Shown: positions 12,361-27,639, numbered from the stretch's first letter. The stretch is 64,000 bases of DNA from Eledone cirrhosa (GCA_964016885.1 OZ024755.1:25358001-25422000), one strand, 5' to 3'. Numbers and translations are program-made. The notes: a model not told the origin generated them from the sequence alone.

Positions 12361-14061
12361 TTACCGTCGCTACCACCACCACTACTACTATTTGACATAA
12401 GCCTTATAGCTACCCCATGTATACATACGAGTAAATCTACCTCTTAGGTCAACTTGGGGGTCTATATTTTATCGCTCTACCTGTTTGAACTAACGTTCAA
12501 ATCTCCCTAAAATCCCATACCTACTTTCTTTAAACGAAGAACAGTAATGAATATTTTACTCTTAGATAGAGTGTTCCTAAAAGCAAAATATGGCGGCCAT
12601 GATGGTATACTTTAATCATAATATTGTACTATTATGCATACATATATATATAGACATGCATACAGAAGTGCCTGAGAATAGAAACAAAGATACACAAAAA
12701 CCTACACACACATACACCCATTATATATATATATAAGGTTGAAATGTCCGATTCCCTTAAGCACTTTCAATTTGTAATCGGACATTGCATACTTAATGAC
12801 ATGATCTATATATATGCCACATATAAACTTATTTATTTATACATACAATCAAAAGTACACGCATGTATGCGTACATATGAGTATTGTAATGGCTTGCATA
12901 CATACATTGATACATGTGTAGTTGTTGGTGGTGCCAAAGATGGTAGTAACGTAAAGGTATTGTTGTTGGTGGTGGTGAATATAGAGGTGAAGACAGGTCG
13001 TTGATAAAAGAAGACGGAAGAAGACGGAAGAAGACGAAGGCTGTTGAAGGATTCTAATATTATTCAGAGGAAACATAAGCAGAGTTATGTTGACACTAAC
13101 AAAATGAATGTGATGACAAATGATAGCAATTATGTATGTATATATACATACATACATATATATATGTGTGTGTGTGTATATATATATACATATATATATG
13201 TATATATGTTATTATATATATATGTGTGTATGCGTCTATTTATATGTTTATATATAATGTACGTATAAATTAAATGTTGATATATATGTTTTATATACAT
13301 ATATATGTATGTATATAATATATTATATATATAATATATTATATATATGATATATTATATACATGATATATATATATATATGTGTGTAAGTATAAGAGTG
13401 TATGTGCGCGTGTGTGTGTGTTTGCAATTAATTACACACAAATATATATGGATTTATAAACATATGTACATATATATGTGCTTCAACAAAATTTGGAGAT
13501 CAGAAATACAACAGACTTCCCCCCTCCCCATTTTTTCAATTTATTTTTCCTCTCCTTTTTTATATACATATATTTTTTTCTTTCAAATTTAAAAAGAAAT
13601 ATTCTCAAAACCAGTAATGCAAAAAAAAAAAAAAAACAATAATAATAATAATGATAATAATAATAATAATATTTAAAAGAAATAACCGAAATCATCATTT
13701 TTTTTTTTGTTATTTTTTCAATATTATAATTCCGTCCAAAAAAAAAAATATAAGAAAAAAAAAAAAAAACGAACAAAAATTGTTTTTATCACAAAACGAA
13801 AATTAAAAATATTTCGAGAAAAATATTTAAAAGAATACCATACAAAAAAAAAAAAAATTAAACCCATCATCAACACCAACGGCAACAAAAACAAAGTATT
13901 ACTCTTATACATACACACAAACACACATATATATATAAGGAAGCTATGTATGCATATATATATATATATATATACGTACTTGTATTTATGTTATAGATAT
14001 TTATATAATATACATATTTTATATGTGCATATAATGTGTCTGTATATAGTTGTATAATATG

Positions 14062-14110
<49 letters not shown>

Positions 14111-14117
14111 GTATATG

Positions 14118-14153
<36 letters not shown>

Positions 14154-14169
14154 CGTATATGTATATATG

Positions 14170-14454
<285 letters not shown>

Positions 14455-14493
14455 GTATATATATATGCATATATATATATATGTGTATATATG

Positions 14494-14568
<75 letters not shown>

Positions 14569-15228
14569 GTATGTATATATATATATATACACGTACATAA
14601 ACACGCACACGCAGGCATGACCTACACATACACATGTCTATGCATTCAAGCGTTCTACGCACCCACACATAAATATATATTTATTAGAAGAATAAAAGAA
14701 AACAAAAGAAAAATAACATTACACATCTTTCTCTTCTTCCTTTTTTATTTATTTTCCTTCTATTTGGAATTTTCAAGAACATTTTCTTTTCTCGTTGTTG
14801 TTGATGTTGTTGGTGCTGTTCACCTATTTTGGGGATGTTTTGATATGTACTGCCCAATCTCAATTGGAACCAGTAATATAAACGAAGACTTTGCGATGGA
14901 AATATGATATACTTATTAACCGAACCATCCTTGCTCTGACTGGACCGATGATGGCCATTTGCAAGAAGGAGTTGCAGGAATAACATGCATGATTGAAAAC
15001 TTCTTCAGTGCTGCTACCGTGATAAAAAAAAATTCACTCTGGAAATATTTGGTATTGGAAAGGGCATCGATCTCTAAATAACACCCCAGACGAAAGAGTT
15101 GAGAGGAATTTTCAGTTACATCAGGGACATGACAAATTTCCTCGTGTTAGTACCACGATAAACTGTATCCAGGATTAGCTATAAAGTGTTTGGTGTTAGG
15201 AACGGCATTTAACTGGAGAAACCAAACC

Positions 15229-18200
15229 TATGGCATTATTGCAGTGGTTGGTGTTAGGAAGGGCAACCAGCTGTAGAAACTATGGTAATATTGCAGTGGT
15301 TGGTGTTAGGAAGGGCAACCAGCTGTAGAAACTATGGTAATGTTGCAGTGGTTGGTGTTAGGAAGGGCAACCAGCTGTCGAACCTGTGAATATAATGCAG
15401 TGGTTGGTGTTAGGAAGGGCAACCAGCTGTCGAACCTGTGAATATAATGCAGTGGTTGGTGTTAGGAAGGGCAACCAGCTGTCGAACCTGTGAATATAAT
15501 GCAGTGGTTGGTGTTAGGAAGGGCAACCAGCTGTAGAAACTATGGTAATATTGCAGTGGTTGGTGTTAGGAAGGGCAACCAGCTGTCGAACCTGTGAATA
15601 TAATGCAGTGGTTGGTGTTAGGAAGGGCAACCAGCTGTCGAACCTGTGAATATAATGCAGTGGTTGGTGTTAGGAAGGGCAACCAGCTGTAGAAACTATG
15701 GTAATATTGCAGTGGTTGGTGTTACGAAGGCCAACCAGCTGTAGAAACTATGGTAAAGTTGCAGTGGTTGGTGTTACGAAGGGCAACCAGCTGTAGAAAC
15801 TATGGTAATGTTGCAGTGGTTGGTGTTAGGAAGGGCAACCAGATGTAGAAACTATGGTAATATTGCAGTGGTTGGTGTTAGGAAGGGCAACCAGCTGTAG
15901 AAACTATGGTAATGTTGCAGTGGTTGGTGTTAGGAAGGGCAACCAGCTGTAGAAACTATGGTAATGTTGCAGTGGTTGGTGTTAGGAAGGGCAACCAGCT
16001 GTAGAAACTATGGTAATATTGCAGTGGTTGGTGTTAGGAAGGGCAACCAGCTGTAGAAACTATGGTAATGTTGCAGTGGTTGGTGTTAGGAAGGGCAACC
16101 AGCTGTAGAAACTATGGTAATGTTGCAGTGGTTGGTGTTAGGAAGGGCAACCAGCTGTAGAAACTGGTAATGTTGCAGTGGTTGGTGTTAGGAAGGGCAA
16201 CCAGCTGTAAAAACTGGTAATATTGCAGTGGTTGGTGTTAGGAAGGGCAACCAGCTGTAGAAACTGTTAATGTTGCAGTGGTTGGTGTTAGGAAGGGCAA
16301 CCAGCTGTAGAAACTATGGTAATGTTGCAGTGGTTGGTGTTAGGAAGGGCAACCAGCTGTAGAAACTATGGTAATGTTGCAGTGGTTGGTGTTAGGAAGG
16401 GCAACCAGCTGTAGAAACTATGGTAATGTTGCAGTGGTTGGTGTTAGGAAGGGCAACCAGCTGTAGAAACTATGGTAATGTTGCAGTGGTTGGTGTTAGG
16501 AAGGGCAACCAGCTGTAGAAACTATGGTAATGTTGCAGTGGTTGGTGTTAGGAAGGGCAACCAGCTGTAGAAACTATGGTAATGTTGCAGTGGTTGGTGT
16601 TAGGAAGGGCAACCAGCTGTAGAAACTATGGTAATGTTGCAGTGGTTGGTGATACGAAGGGCAACCAGCTGTAGAAACTATGGTAATGTTGCAGTGGTTG
16701 GTGTTACGAAGGGCAACCAGCTGTAGAAACTGTTAATGTTGCAGTGGTTGGTGTTAGGAAGGGCAACCAGCTGTAGAAACTATGGTAATGTTGCAGTGGT
16801 TGGTGTTAGGAAGGGCAACCAGCTGTAGAAACTATGGTAATATTGCAGTGGTTGGTGTTACGAAGGGCAACCAGATGTAGAAACTGTTAATGTTGCAGTG
16901 GTTGGTGTTACGAAGGGCAACCAGCTGTAGAAACTATGGCAATGTTGCAGTGGTTGGTGTTAGGAAGGGCAACCAGCTGTAGAAACTATGGTAATATTGC
17001 AGTGGTTGGTGTTAGGAAGGGCAACCAGCTGTAGAAACTATGGTAATATTGCAGTGGTTGGTGTTACGAAGGGCAACCAGATGTAGAAACTGTTAATGTT
17101 GCAGTGGTTGGTGTTACGAAGGGCAACCAGCTGTAGAAACTATGGCAATGTTGCAGTGGTTGGTGTTAGGAAGGGCAACCAGCTGTAGAAACTATGGTAA
17201 TATTGCAGTGGTTGGTGTTACGAAGGGCAACCAGATGTAGAAACTGTTAATGTTGCAGTGGTTGGTGTTACGAAGGGCAACCAGCTGTAGAAACTATGGC
17301 AATGTTGCAGTGGTTGGTGTTAGGAAGGGCAACCAGCTGTAGAAACTATGGTAATATTGCAGTGGTTGGTGTTAGGAAGGGCAACCAGCTGTAGAAACTA
17401 TGGTAATATTGCAGTGGTTGGTGTTAGGAAGGGCAACCAGCTGTAGAAACTATGGTAATATTGCAATGGTTGGTGTTAGGAAGGGCAACCAGCTGTAGAA
17501 ACTATGGTAATGTTGCAGTGGTTGGTGTTAGGAAGGGCAACCAGCTGTAGAAACTATGGTAATGTTGCAGTGGTTGGTGTTAGGAAGGGCAACCAGCTGT
17601 AGAAACTATGGTAATATTGCAGTGGTTGGTGTTAGGAAGGGCAACCAGCTGTAGAAACTATGGTAATATTGCAGTGGTTGGTGTTAGGAAGGGCAACCAG
17701 CTGTAGAAACTATGGTAATGTTGCAGTGGTTGGTGTTAGGAAGGGCAACCAGCTGTAGAAACTATGGTAATATTGCAGTGGTTGGTGTTAAGAAGGGCAA
17801 CCAGCTGTAGAAACTATGGTAATATTGCAGTGGTTGGTGTTAGGAAGGGCAACCAGCTGTAGAAACTATGGTAATATTGCAGTGGTTGGTGTTAGGAAGG
17901 GCAACCAGCTGTAGGAACTATGGTAATATTGCAGTGGTTGGTGTTAGGAAGGGCAACCAGCTGTAGAAACTATGGCAATGTTGCAGTGGTTGGTGTTAGG
18001 AAGGGCAGCCAGATGTAGAAACTATGGTAATATTGCAGTGGTTGGTGTTAGGAAGGGCAACCAGCTGTAGAAACTATGGCAATGTTGCAGTGGTTGGTGT
18101 TAGGAAGGGCAACAAGATGTAGAAACTATGGTAATATTGCAGTGGTTGGTGTTAGGAAGGGCAACCAGCTGTAGAAACTATGGCAATGTTGCAGTGGTTG

Positions 18201-21200
18201 GTGTTAGGAAGGGCAGCCAGATGTAGAAACTATGGTAATATTGCAGTGGTTGGTGTTAGGAAGGGCAACCAGCTGTAGAAACTATGGTAATGTTGCAGTG
18301 GTTGGTGTTAGGAAGGGCAACCAGCTGTAGAAACTATGGTAATGTTGCAGTGGTTGGTGTTAGGAAGGGCAACCAGCTGTAGAAACTATGGTAATGTTGC
18401 AGTGGTTGGTGTTAGGAAGGGCAACCAGCTGTAGAAACTATGGTAATGTTGCAGTGGTTGGTGTTAGGAAGGGCAACCAGCTGTAGAAACTATGGTAATG
18501 TTGCAGTGGTTGGTGTTACGAAGGGCAACCAGATGTAGAAACTGTTAATGTTGCAGTGGTTGGTGTTACGAAGGGCAACCAGCTGTAGAAACTATGGCAA
18601 TGTTGCAGTGGTTGGTGTTAGGAAGGGCAACCAGCTGTAGAAACTATGGTAATATTGCAGTGGTTGGTGTTAGGAAGGGCAACCAGCTGTAGAAATTATG
18701 GTAATGTTGCAGTGGTTGGTGTTAGGAAGGGCAACCAGCTGTAGAAACTATGGTAATATTGCAGTGGTTGGTGTTAGGAAGGGCAACCAGCTGTAGAAAC
18801 TATGGCAATGTTGCAGTGGTTGGTGTTAGGAAGGGCAGCCAGATGTAGAAACTATGGTAATATTGCAGTGGTTGGTGTTAGGAAGGGCAACCAGATGTAG
18901 AAACTATGCTAATGTTGCAGTGGTTGGTGTTAGGAAGGGCAACCAGATGTAGAAACTATGGTAATATTGCAGTGGTTGGTGTTAGGAAGGGCAACCAGCT
19001 GTAGAAACTATGGTAATATTGCAGTGGTTGGTGTTAGGAAGGGCAACCAGATGTAGAAACTGTTAATGTTGCAGTGGTTGGTGTTAGGAAGGGCAACCAG
19101 ATGTAGAAACTATGGTAATATTGCAGTGGTTGGTGTTAGGAAGGGCAACCAGCTGTAGAAACTATGGTAATATTGCAGTGGTTGGTGTTAGGAAGGGCAA
19201 CCAGATGTAGAAACTATGGTAATATTGCAGTGGTTGGTGTTAGGAAGGGCAACCAGATGTAGAAACTATGGTAATGTTGCAGTGGTTGATGTTAGGAAGG
19301 GCAACCAGATGTAGAAACTATGGTAATATTGCAGTGGTTGGTGTTAGGAAGGGCAACCAGATGTAGAAACTATGGTAATATTGCAGTGGTTGATGTTAGG
19401 AAGGGCAACCAGATGTAGAAACTATGGTAATATTGCAGTGGTTGGTGTTAGGAAGGGCAACCAGATGTAGAAACTATGGTAATATTGCAGTGGTTGGTGT
19501 TAGGAAGGGCAACCAGATGTAGAAACTGGTAATATTGCAGTGGTTGGTGTTAGGAAGGGCAACCAGATGTAGAAACTGGTAATATTGCAGTGGTTGGTGT
19601 TAGGAAGGGCAACCAGATGTAGAAACTATGGTAATATTGCAGTGGTTGATGTTAGGAAGGGCAACCAGATGTAGAAACTATGGTAATATTGCAGTGGTTG
19701 ATGTTAGGAAGGGCAACCAGATGTAGAAACTGGTAATATTGCAGTGGTTGGTGTTAGGAAGGGCAACCAGATGTAGAAACTGGTAATATTGCAGTGGTTG
19801 GTGTTAGGAAGGGCAACCAGATGTAGAAACTATGGTAATATTGCAGTGGTTGATGTTAGGAAGGGCAACCAGATGTAGAAACTATGGTAATATTGCAGTG
19901 GTTGGTGTTAGGAAGGGCAACCAGATGTAGAAACTATGGTAATGTTGCAGTGGTTGGTGTTAGGAAGGGCAACCAGATGTAGAAACTATGGTAATATTGC
20001 AGTGGTTGGTGTTAGGAAGGGCAACCAGATGTAGAAACTATGGTAATATTGCAGTGGTTGGTGTTAGGAAGGGCAACCAGATGTAGAAACTGGTAATATT
20101 GCAGTGGTTGGTGTTAGGAAGGGCAACCAGATGTAGAAACTGGTAATATTGCAGTGGTTGGTGTTAGGAAGGGCAACCAGATGTAGAAACTATGGTAATA
20201 TTGCAGTGGTTGATGTTAGGAAGGGCAACCAGATGTAGAAACTATGGTAATATTGCAGTGGTTGATGTTAGGAAGGGCAACCAGATGTAGAAACTGGTAA
20301 TATTGCAGTGGTTGGTGTTAGGAAGGGCAACCAGATGTAGAAACTGGTAATATTGCAGTGGTTGGTGTTAGGAAGGGCAACCAGATGTAGAAACTATGGT
20401 AATATTGCAGTGGTTGATGTTAGGAAGGGCAACCAGATGTAGAAACTATGGTAATATTGCAGTGGTTGGTGTTAGGAAGGGCAACCAGATGTAGAAACTA
20501 TGGTAATGTTGCAGTGGTTGGTGTTAGGAAGGGCAACCAGATGTAGAAACTATGGTAATATTGCAGTGGTTGATGTTAGGAAGGGCAACCAGATGTAGAA
20601 ACTATGGTAATATTGCAGTGGTTGGTGTTAGGAAGGGCAACCAGATGTAGAAACTATGGTAATGTTGCAGTGGTTGGTGTTACGAAGGGCAACCAGCTGT
20701 AGAAACTATGGTAATGTTGCAGTGGTTGGTGTTAGGAAGGGCAACCAGATGTAGAAACTATGGTAATATTGCAGTGGTTGGTGTTAGGAAGGGCAACCAG
20801 CTGTAGAAACTGTTAATGTTGCAGTGGTTGGTGTTAGGAAGGGCAACCAGCTGTAGAAACTATGGTAATATTGCAGTGGTTGGTGTTAGGAAGGGCAACC
20901 AGATGTAGAAACTATGGTAATATTGCAGTGGTTGGTGTTAGGAAGGGCAACCAGCTGTAGAAACTATGGTAATGTTGCAGTGGTTGGTGTTAGGAAGGGC
21001 AACCAGCTGTAGAAACTATGGTAATGTTGCAGTGGTTGGTGTTACGAAGGGCAACCAGCTGTAGAAACTATGGTAATATTGCAGTGGTTGGTGTTAGGAA
21101 GGGCAACCAGCTGTAGAAACTATGGTAATGTTGCAGTGGTTGGTGTTACGAAGGGCAACCAGCTGTAGAAACTATGGTAATATTGCAGTGGTTGGTGTTA

Positions 21201-21379
21201 GGAAGGGCAACCAGCTGTAGAAACTGGTAATATAATGCAGTAGTTGGTGTTAGGAAGGGCAACCAGCTGTCGAACCTGTGAATATAATGAAGTGGTTGGT
21301 GTTAGGAAGGGCAACCAGTTGTAGAAACTATGGTAATGTTGCAGTGGTTGGTGTTAGGAAGGGCAACCAGCTGTAGAAA
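15229..21379. repeat. Tandem satellite, 52-bp unit (50- and 53-bp variants), about 118 copies
   Basis: Unit GCAGTGGTTGGTGTTAGGAAGGGCAACCAG(C/A)TGTAGAAACTATGGTAAT(A/G)TT; period 15241 to 15293. Confidence 0.98.
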
Positions 21380-22040
21380 ACCTACGAAGCAGAGATATAA
21401 AAGGTTTGTTTAGTTGTGTCAAAGATCCAGTAACTTGAGTATATTAAATAATTGACATTGAAACGAGCATCCACCTGTAGATACCATGCTAAAAATGGAA
21501 TGAAGTGTTCGATTTAGAAGGATAGTAACTTCAATTAAATACTGATTTCAACTGTAACTACCTATCCAGTCTATACTATCAAGGAAACGTGGATGGGATC
21601 TGTCAGTACATCTCTTTTTCCATCTTCCATATTCACTACTCTATTGGCTGGGGCCCAGAAGCAAAAGCAAACTTTAAAATGATGTTGATTAAGAGGGATT
21701 TTTCTCTGGATTCCTCTTAGCAATTCATAATAAATTTTACAAGAAAATGTTATGGTTGGTAGACGTTTTGTGTAGACAAGAAATAATGAGGAGGACAAAA
21801 GCGAAGAATGGGACACACCTGAAATGATAGGGTGTAGGGGAGAGAGAGAGAGAGAGAGCAGCATCAGCGTCAACTGATAGGACGATACCGATCCAAATGA
21901 TGACAGATGGTCGAAGCACATTGGAGGGCAGTTTTAAGAGGAGATAGGCATGTCCGATACGGTCGACAACTTTGCTAATGTAGAGTGTAACAACACTTTT
22001 AACTAAATATCTCCGTGATGAGGGACATAGAGCTGGCATT

Positions 22041-22228
22041 GTGGATTGGCAGTATCGGTAGATGGTCGGACGCCATGTTTTGACGCATAAAGTTACGGCC
22101 CATGTCATTCTGAGCTCAAATCCCACCGAGGTTAACTTTGCCTTTCATCCTTACGGGGTCGATAAAATAAAGTACCAATAATACACTGGGTAATTGCTGG
22201 CCTTGTGCCAAAAGTAGAAACAATTATT
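22041..22228 (+). mobile_element. tRNA/Deu(Nin)-type SINE, short form
   Basis: Full-length match to other copies. Confidence 0.9.
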
Positions 22229-23289
22229 AAATAGAGATTCTAGGTGTTGAGAATATGAAGAGGGAGGGAGGGAGGGAGAGAAGTGACTGCTTGTGTGATT
22301 CGGTTTATAAACATGTCAATATATCTCAATGCATAGGAATTTACACACATACACACGTGTGTGTGTGTGTGTGTACTGGTATAGGTGCTCCGATATGTTA
22401 TGAAGGTAACACTATATATTATAAAGAGTCAGGATATATATATTTACGGTTGGCCAAATTTGGTATATATATATATGTGTATAAATTAAGGCGTCACACA
22501 CCACACAGTCATTCCTCTGCTCTCTCTTACACACACTACAACACATCATATATGAGGGAAGGGTACAATAGCGGGAATTGCTTTTCAGTTAATGTTAAAT
22601 CATATATATATGAAAGAGTCGGGACTCCCACGGCCGAGCTCTTGCCGTTTCAACAGCTAGTTCCGAACTACCCCAAGTATGGAGTAGTCTGGTGAGTAAT
22701 TGTCTAACAGGTTTTTACTGAATCCATTTTAACTTGTACAGATACGTATACATATATATATAATTGTTTCTACTTTAGGCACAAAGCCAGAAATTCACCA
22801 GTGCATTACTGGTACTTTATTTTATCGACCCCGTAAGGATGAAAGGCAAAGTCAATATAATATATATATATATACATATATGATATATATACATATATAA
22901 TATATATGATATATTATATATATAAATATATATAATATATATATGTGGGTGTGTACACATGTATCCACATCTCTAGTCCCCAAAGAAATATCTAATTCAA
23001 AGCTGTATAATTTTATTACTTCAGATGTTAAGTAATTCATCTTCAAATAAATTGTGTACATATCTGTATACAAACACTAGAGATTTTAAACGAAACTGCG
23101 AGAAATATGTATGTAAATATATCCTATTTACGTATTACTCTGTAGTTTGTAAAACATGAACTTCTTGAATCGAGCTTCGGTCCTTCTAAGGACCATCTTT
23201 TACGGACAATGTACGGTATTTGTGCGTTACATCACAGAAAGCTTTGTGCTTTGTGCAATTAAAGAACAGCTGAGATACGGTGTGAGTAA

Positions 23290-23450
23290 GTGAAAGTCGA
23301 TTAAATCGACCCCAGTAGTTGCCTGCTATTTTATTTTATCGACTGCATAGGGGTGAAAGGCAGAGTTATTATCGGTTGAATTCGAATTCAGAATATAAAT
23401 GCCACAAGACATTTCGTTCGATGCTCTAACGATTCTGCCAATCCACCGCC
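23290..23450 (-). mobile_element. Older, diverged Deu-type SINE
   Basis: GTCGATTAAATCGACCCCAG and degenerate head. Confidence 0.75.
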
Positions 23451-23791
23451 CTAGAGTAGTTTACAATGAATACAGAAAGCTCAGTAACAATGGTGAGTTG
23501 TGAGTGACAACGTTCTGGGGTCGATTTAATCGACTTTCCTCTTCCCAAAAATTGTTGGCCCTGTGTCTAAATCAGAAACCATTATTTACGATAGTAAAAA
23601 TATTATTTTGGAGCCTTTTGAATATTGTAGGACCCTACCTACAACCGAATCAACCCAGCCCTTAATCCCTCACTACTTTTGAGTCTATAACAATGTATTT
23701 GTTTCAATTTGAAATCAAATATCTTAGACCAAGTCGTTTGCTAAACTAGCACAAGTCCGGGTTTTATTGTTTTTTTTTTTATTATAGTACA

Positions 23792-24452
23792 CTAGCAGAA
23801 AACCACCCGAAGGGTGGTTTTCTGCTGGCTTCTGTAGTGTCTATATTGATATTATACGCAAGTATATATGCATGTAGATATGATACATCAAATAAAACCG
23901 TAATTGGCAATATACACAGAAATTGAACGAAGACTGTGTTACACTGTCTTATGTAATCAGTAACGTAATCCATGATACATTAAAAAAAGACCATATTATC
24001 TATCTGCTAGCATGTGTAGTGTGTATATTGATATTATACGCAAATATATATGCATGTAGATATGATCAAATAAAATCGTAATTGACAATATACACATAAA
24101 TTGAACGAAGACTGTGTTACACTGTCTTATGTAATCAGTTACGTAATCCATGATATATTAAAAAAAGACGATATTATATATAAAATGCATAAGGAGAAAA
24201 TTAGTGACAGAAATATATGAATATTTATTTAAACGATCGCTAACCGGAAGTGTTGACATTTCAAAATTTTAAAGAAGTGAATCTTTAAATAAGTAATAAA
24301 ATATATTTAATGAACAGCCACGAAATTTAGTAGATAAATTATGTAATATTCATTCATTATTTATTCAAAGTAATCCAACTTATTTTACTAAGGGGATGAA
24401 AAAATGATAAACCGTACGCAGTCCTGCGCTTCTTATTTTATTATATTTTAGA
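23792..24452 (-). mobile_element. Non-autonomous Helitron-like element with internal ~180-bp tandem duplication
   Basis: Minus strand: A|TCTAAAATATAATAAA 5' end; 3' hairpin AGCAGAAAACCACCC-TTC-GGGTGGTTTTCTGCT ending CTAG|T; 23832-23999 duplicated at ~24014-24177. Confidence 0.6.
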
Positions 24453-24599
24453 TTATAGTATAGTATCGTTTGACAATGGGAGAAGAGGGGGATGAAAATG
24501 GCGCCTATCAACTTTCTAAGTCTTTACTGACTAGAGATATTAAGAGTTTATATACTGTTAATATTGTTGTTGTTAGTCATTAATATTGTTGCTGCTGTT

Positions 24600-24985
24600 G
24601 TTTTTGTTGTTGGTAGTGGTGGAAATGGTCGTAGTGGTAATGGTCGTAGTGGTAGCGATCGTAGTGGTCACAGTGGTGGTAATGGTGGTAATGGTGGTAG
24701 TGGTAGCGATCGTAGTGGTAATGGTGGTATTGGTAGCGACCGTAGAGGTCACAGTGGTGGTGGTGGTAGCGATCGTAGTGTTGGTCATGGTGGTGGTGGT
24801 GGTAGCGATGCTATTGGTGATGGTAGTGGTAGGTGCGGTAGTGGTGGTAGCGATCGTAGTAGTGGTAGTGATCATAGTGGTGACAGTGGTGGTAGTGGTA
24901 GGTGTGGTGACAGTGGTGGTGGTAGTGGTGGTGGTGGTGGTGTCAGTGGTGGTAGTGGTGGAAGCGATCGTAGTTGTGGTAGTGG
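24600..24985. repeat. GGTAGCGATCGTAGT/(GGT)n minisatellite
   Basis: Direct inspection. Confidence 0.8.
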
Positions 24986-25045
24986 AGCTATTTCATTTCA
25001 TAGTTGTTTTAGTTGTAGTTATTAATATAGTCATATTACTAAGAT

Positions 25046-25235
25046 GGCGGTGGATTAGCAGTATTGGTAGAGGGTCGGACGCCATGCTTTCCAGCGTAGT
25101 TACGTCCCTTTACGGTCTGAGTTCAAATCCCGCCGAGGTTGACTTTGCCTTTCATCCTTACGGGGTCGATAAAATAAAGTACCAGTAATGCACTGGGTAA
25201 TTGCTGGCCTTGTGCCTAAAGTAGAAACAGTTATT
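25046..25235 (+). mobile_element. tRNA/Deu(Nin)-type SINE, short form
   Basis: Full-length match. Confidence 0.9.
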
Positions 25236-25387
25236 ACTATAGTCGTTCTTGTTGCTACAGTTGTTATTGTTGTTGTAGCTGTTGTAGTAGCTGTTGTAGG
25301 TGTTACTGTTGTTGTTGGTGGTGGTGGTGGTGGTGCTGTCGTGTATGTTATCATTGTTGTTGTTGGTGGTGGTGGTGTTGTCGTGTA

Positions 25388-25422
<35 letters not shown>

Positions 25423-25639
25423 TCGTGTATGTTATCATTGTTGTTGTTGTTACTGTTAATGCTGCTGCCATTGTTAATATAAGCCGTGTCTCTGTTTCCT
25501 AGCAACCAATTAACGTAAGCCTACTTATCTGACATTAGCTACACATAACAACTTGTACACATTGACCCGAGAATTCATTTTACTTGCACCAAACATATTT
25601 ATTAAACTTACCTACCTTCACTGTCTCAATTCAAATCTT

Positions 25640-25930
25640 GAAGGTGCGTGACCTAGTTGTAAGGGTGTTGGACTTACGATCATAATGTTGTGGGTTCGAT
25701 TCCGGGGTTGGGTTACGTGTCGTGTTCTTGATCAAAACACTTCATTTCACGTTCTTCTAGTATAGAGGTATACAGTCCCGATGAAGGTTGTTCCAGTATA
25801 CTTAGCTGAAAATAAACTGAATACTAGCAATAGCTGGGGGTTTAACCCTGCAATAGACAGGCGTCTGTCTAGTGGGGAGTCTTGTATTCTCAGCCACTTC
25901 ACGCCACGGAAATCACCGAGCTCGAGACAG
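25640..25930 (+). mobile_element. tRNA-headed SINE, degenerate
   Basis: GGTTCGATTCC B-box, CTTGATCAAAACACTT core, AACCCTGCAATAGAC segment. Confidence 0.7.
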
Positions 25931-26262
25931 ACTTAAGACTTATTTGATATTACTTGTACACACTGACCCTTACATTCATTCTTTTTGCACTAAACATATT
26001 TATAAAACTTACGTACCTACTCAGTTCAAATCTTGCGAAGATAGACTTGGATTTTCATCCTTCTTGGTTGATAAAATAAAGTACAGTTACCGCAAATCAT
26101 ACCCCCTTATCGTCCGAGTTTTTAGAATTTCTGCATATCTGCTACTAGTATTTGTTACTGATGGTAACTAATTACTTCAAAGTTTCGCCGACGTTGTTCG
26201 CTTATCAGAACACTGTTTCGATAAGTCAGTAACTTCGAAATAATTAATCACCATTAATAACT

Positions 26263-26443
26263 ATGGCAGTATCGGTAGGGGGTCGGACGCCATGCTTTGA
26301 CGCATTGAGTTACGGCCCTTGCCATTCTAAGTTCAAATCCCGCCGAGGTTAACTTTGCCTTTCATCCTTACGGGGTCGAAAAAATAAAGTACCAGTAATA
26401 CACTGGGTAATTGCTGGCCTCGTGCCAAAAGTAGAAACAATTA
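26263..26443 (+). mobile_element. tRNA/Deu(Nin)-type SINE, short form
   Basis: Match to family. Confidence 0.9.
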
Positions 26444-27433
26444 TATTGTCTCTGGTCATCTGCTTCCCCCAGTCATATGGAAATGAGCCACTATGCCCTT
26501 CCACCCTTTTCTGTCTTCGGAAAGGGTTGACGCTTGAAAGCAGTTTGTGCCACAACTGTGCAGGTGATCCATTACAGTGAACCTCCAGGTCTTAATTGGT
26601 CACCCTTTGTGTTTTGGTTTTTTTCCACCAGCTGGTAACCATGTCATTGCAGTTCTGGTTGCAATATTGTCCCCCAACATGCCCAGCCAACTACATTCTT
26701 CTGCCGTTTATGTAAAAACTCCAACGTGAGATATTTGCTCTTAGAAACACCTCCTCGTTGGTGAACAAGTCTTACAATCTTGCAAGTCTTACAAGTCTTC
26801 CATGTGTCAATAACATAGTTTGTTGTTGATTGACCAGAATGTTTAATTACAGAGAGAGAGAGAGAGAAGGAGAGAGAGAGAGAGAGAGGGGGGAGAGAGA
26901 GAGCAGGAGAGAGAGAGAGTGAGAGAGAGAGAGAGGGGGGGAGAGAGAGCGTGAGAGAGCGTGAGAGAGCGTGAGAGAGTGAGAGAGAGCGAGAGAGAGA
27001 GACACATGCGGGACACACACAATATATATATATATGTATATATATATATTAATTAGCAGTAGCACTAACTTAGCGTGTTTCATAATACTGTTATATATGA
27101 AGGCATACGCGGTATGTATATTATACATATAGTGTATGCCTTCAGATTCACCTGTATTTTATATATATATATATATTATGTATTATATATATATGTGTGT
27201 GCGTTTGTGTGTGTTACGTATTTTATATGAGTTGCAGAAGATACGTTAAAAAGGTTAAAACAGCAATTACTTTGCTTAAATTTAATCGGTACAAATAATA
27301 TGTATATGTATTTTATATATATATGTATACAGACATACACACATATTCATGTATGTATGTATGTATGTATGTATGTATGTATGTATGTATGTATGTATGT
27401 ATGTATGTATGTATATATATATATATATACATG

Positions 27434-27499
<66 letters not shown>

Positions 27500-27563
27500 T
27501 ATATATAAATGAAAAGTATAGAAATATACATATATATAGATAGATACATATATATATATATAC

Positions 27564-27594
<31 letters not shown>

Positions 27595-27639
27595 CATACA
27601 TATATATATATATACATATATATATACATATATATATAT

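Noticed and set aside
15229-21379. CRISPR-like array
   Set aside because: Inter-repeat segments are not unique spacers, there are no cas genes, and the context is eukaryotic
21571-22040. Possible exon in unique-looking sequence
   Set aside because: No recognisable protein or convincing splice sites
24564-25025. Gly/Ser-rich secreted structural protein
   Set aside because: GGT/AGT minisatellite with no splice or promoter support
25046-25135. tRNA genes
   Set aside because: A/B boxes belong to SINE heads; no complete cloverleaf
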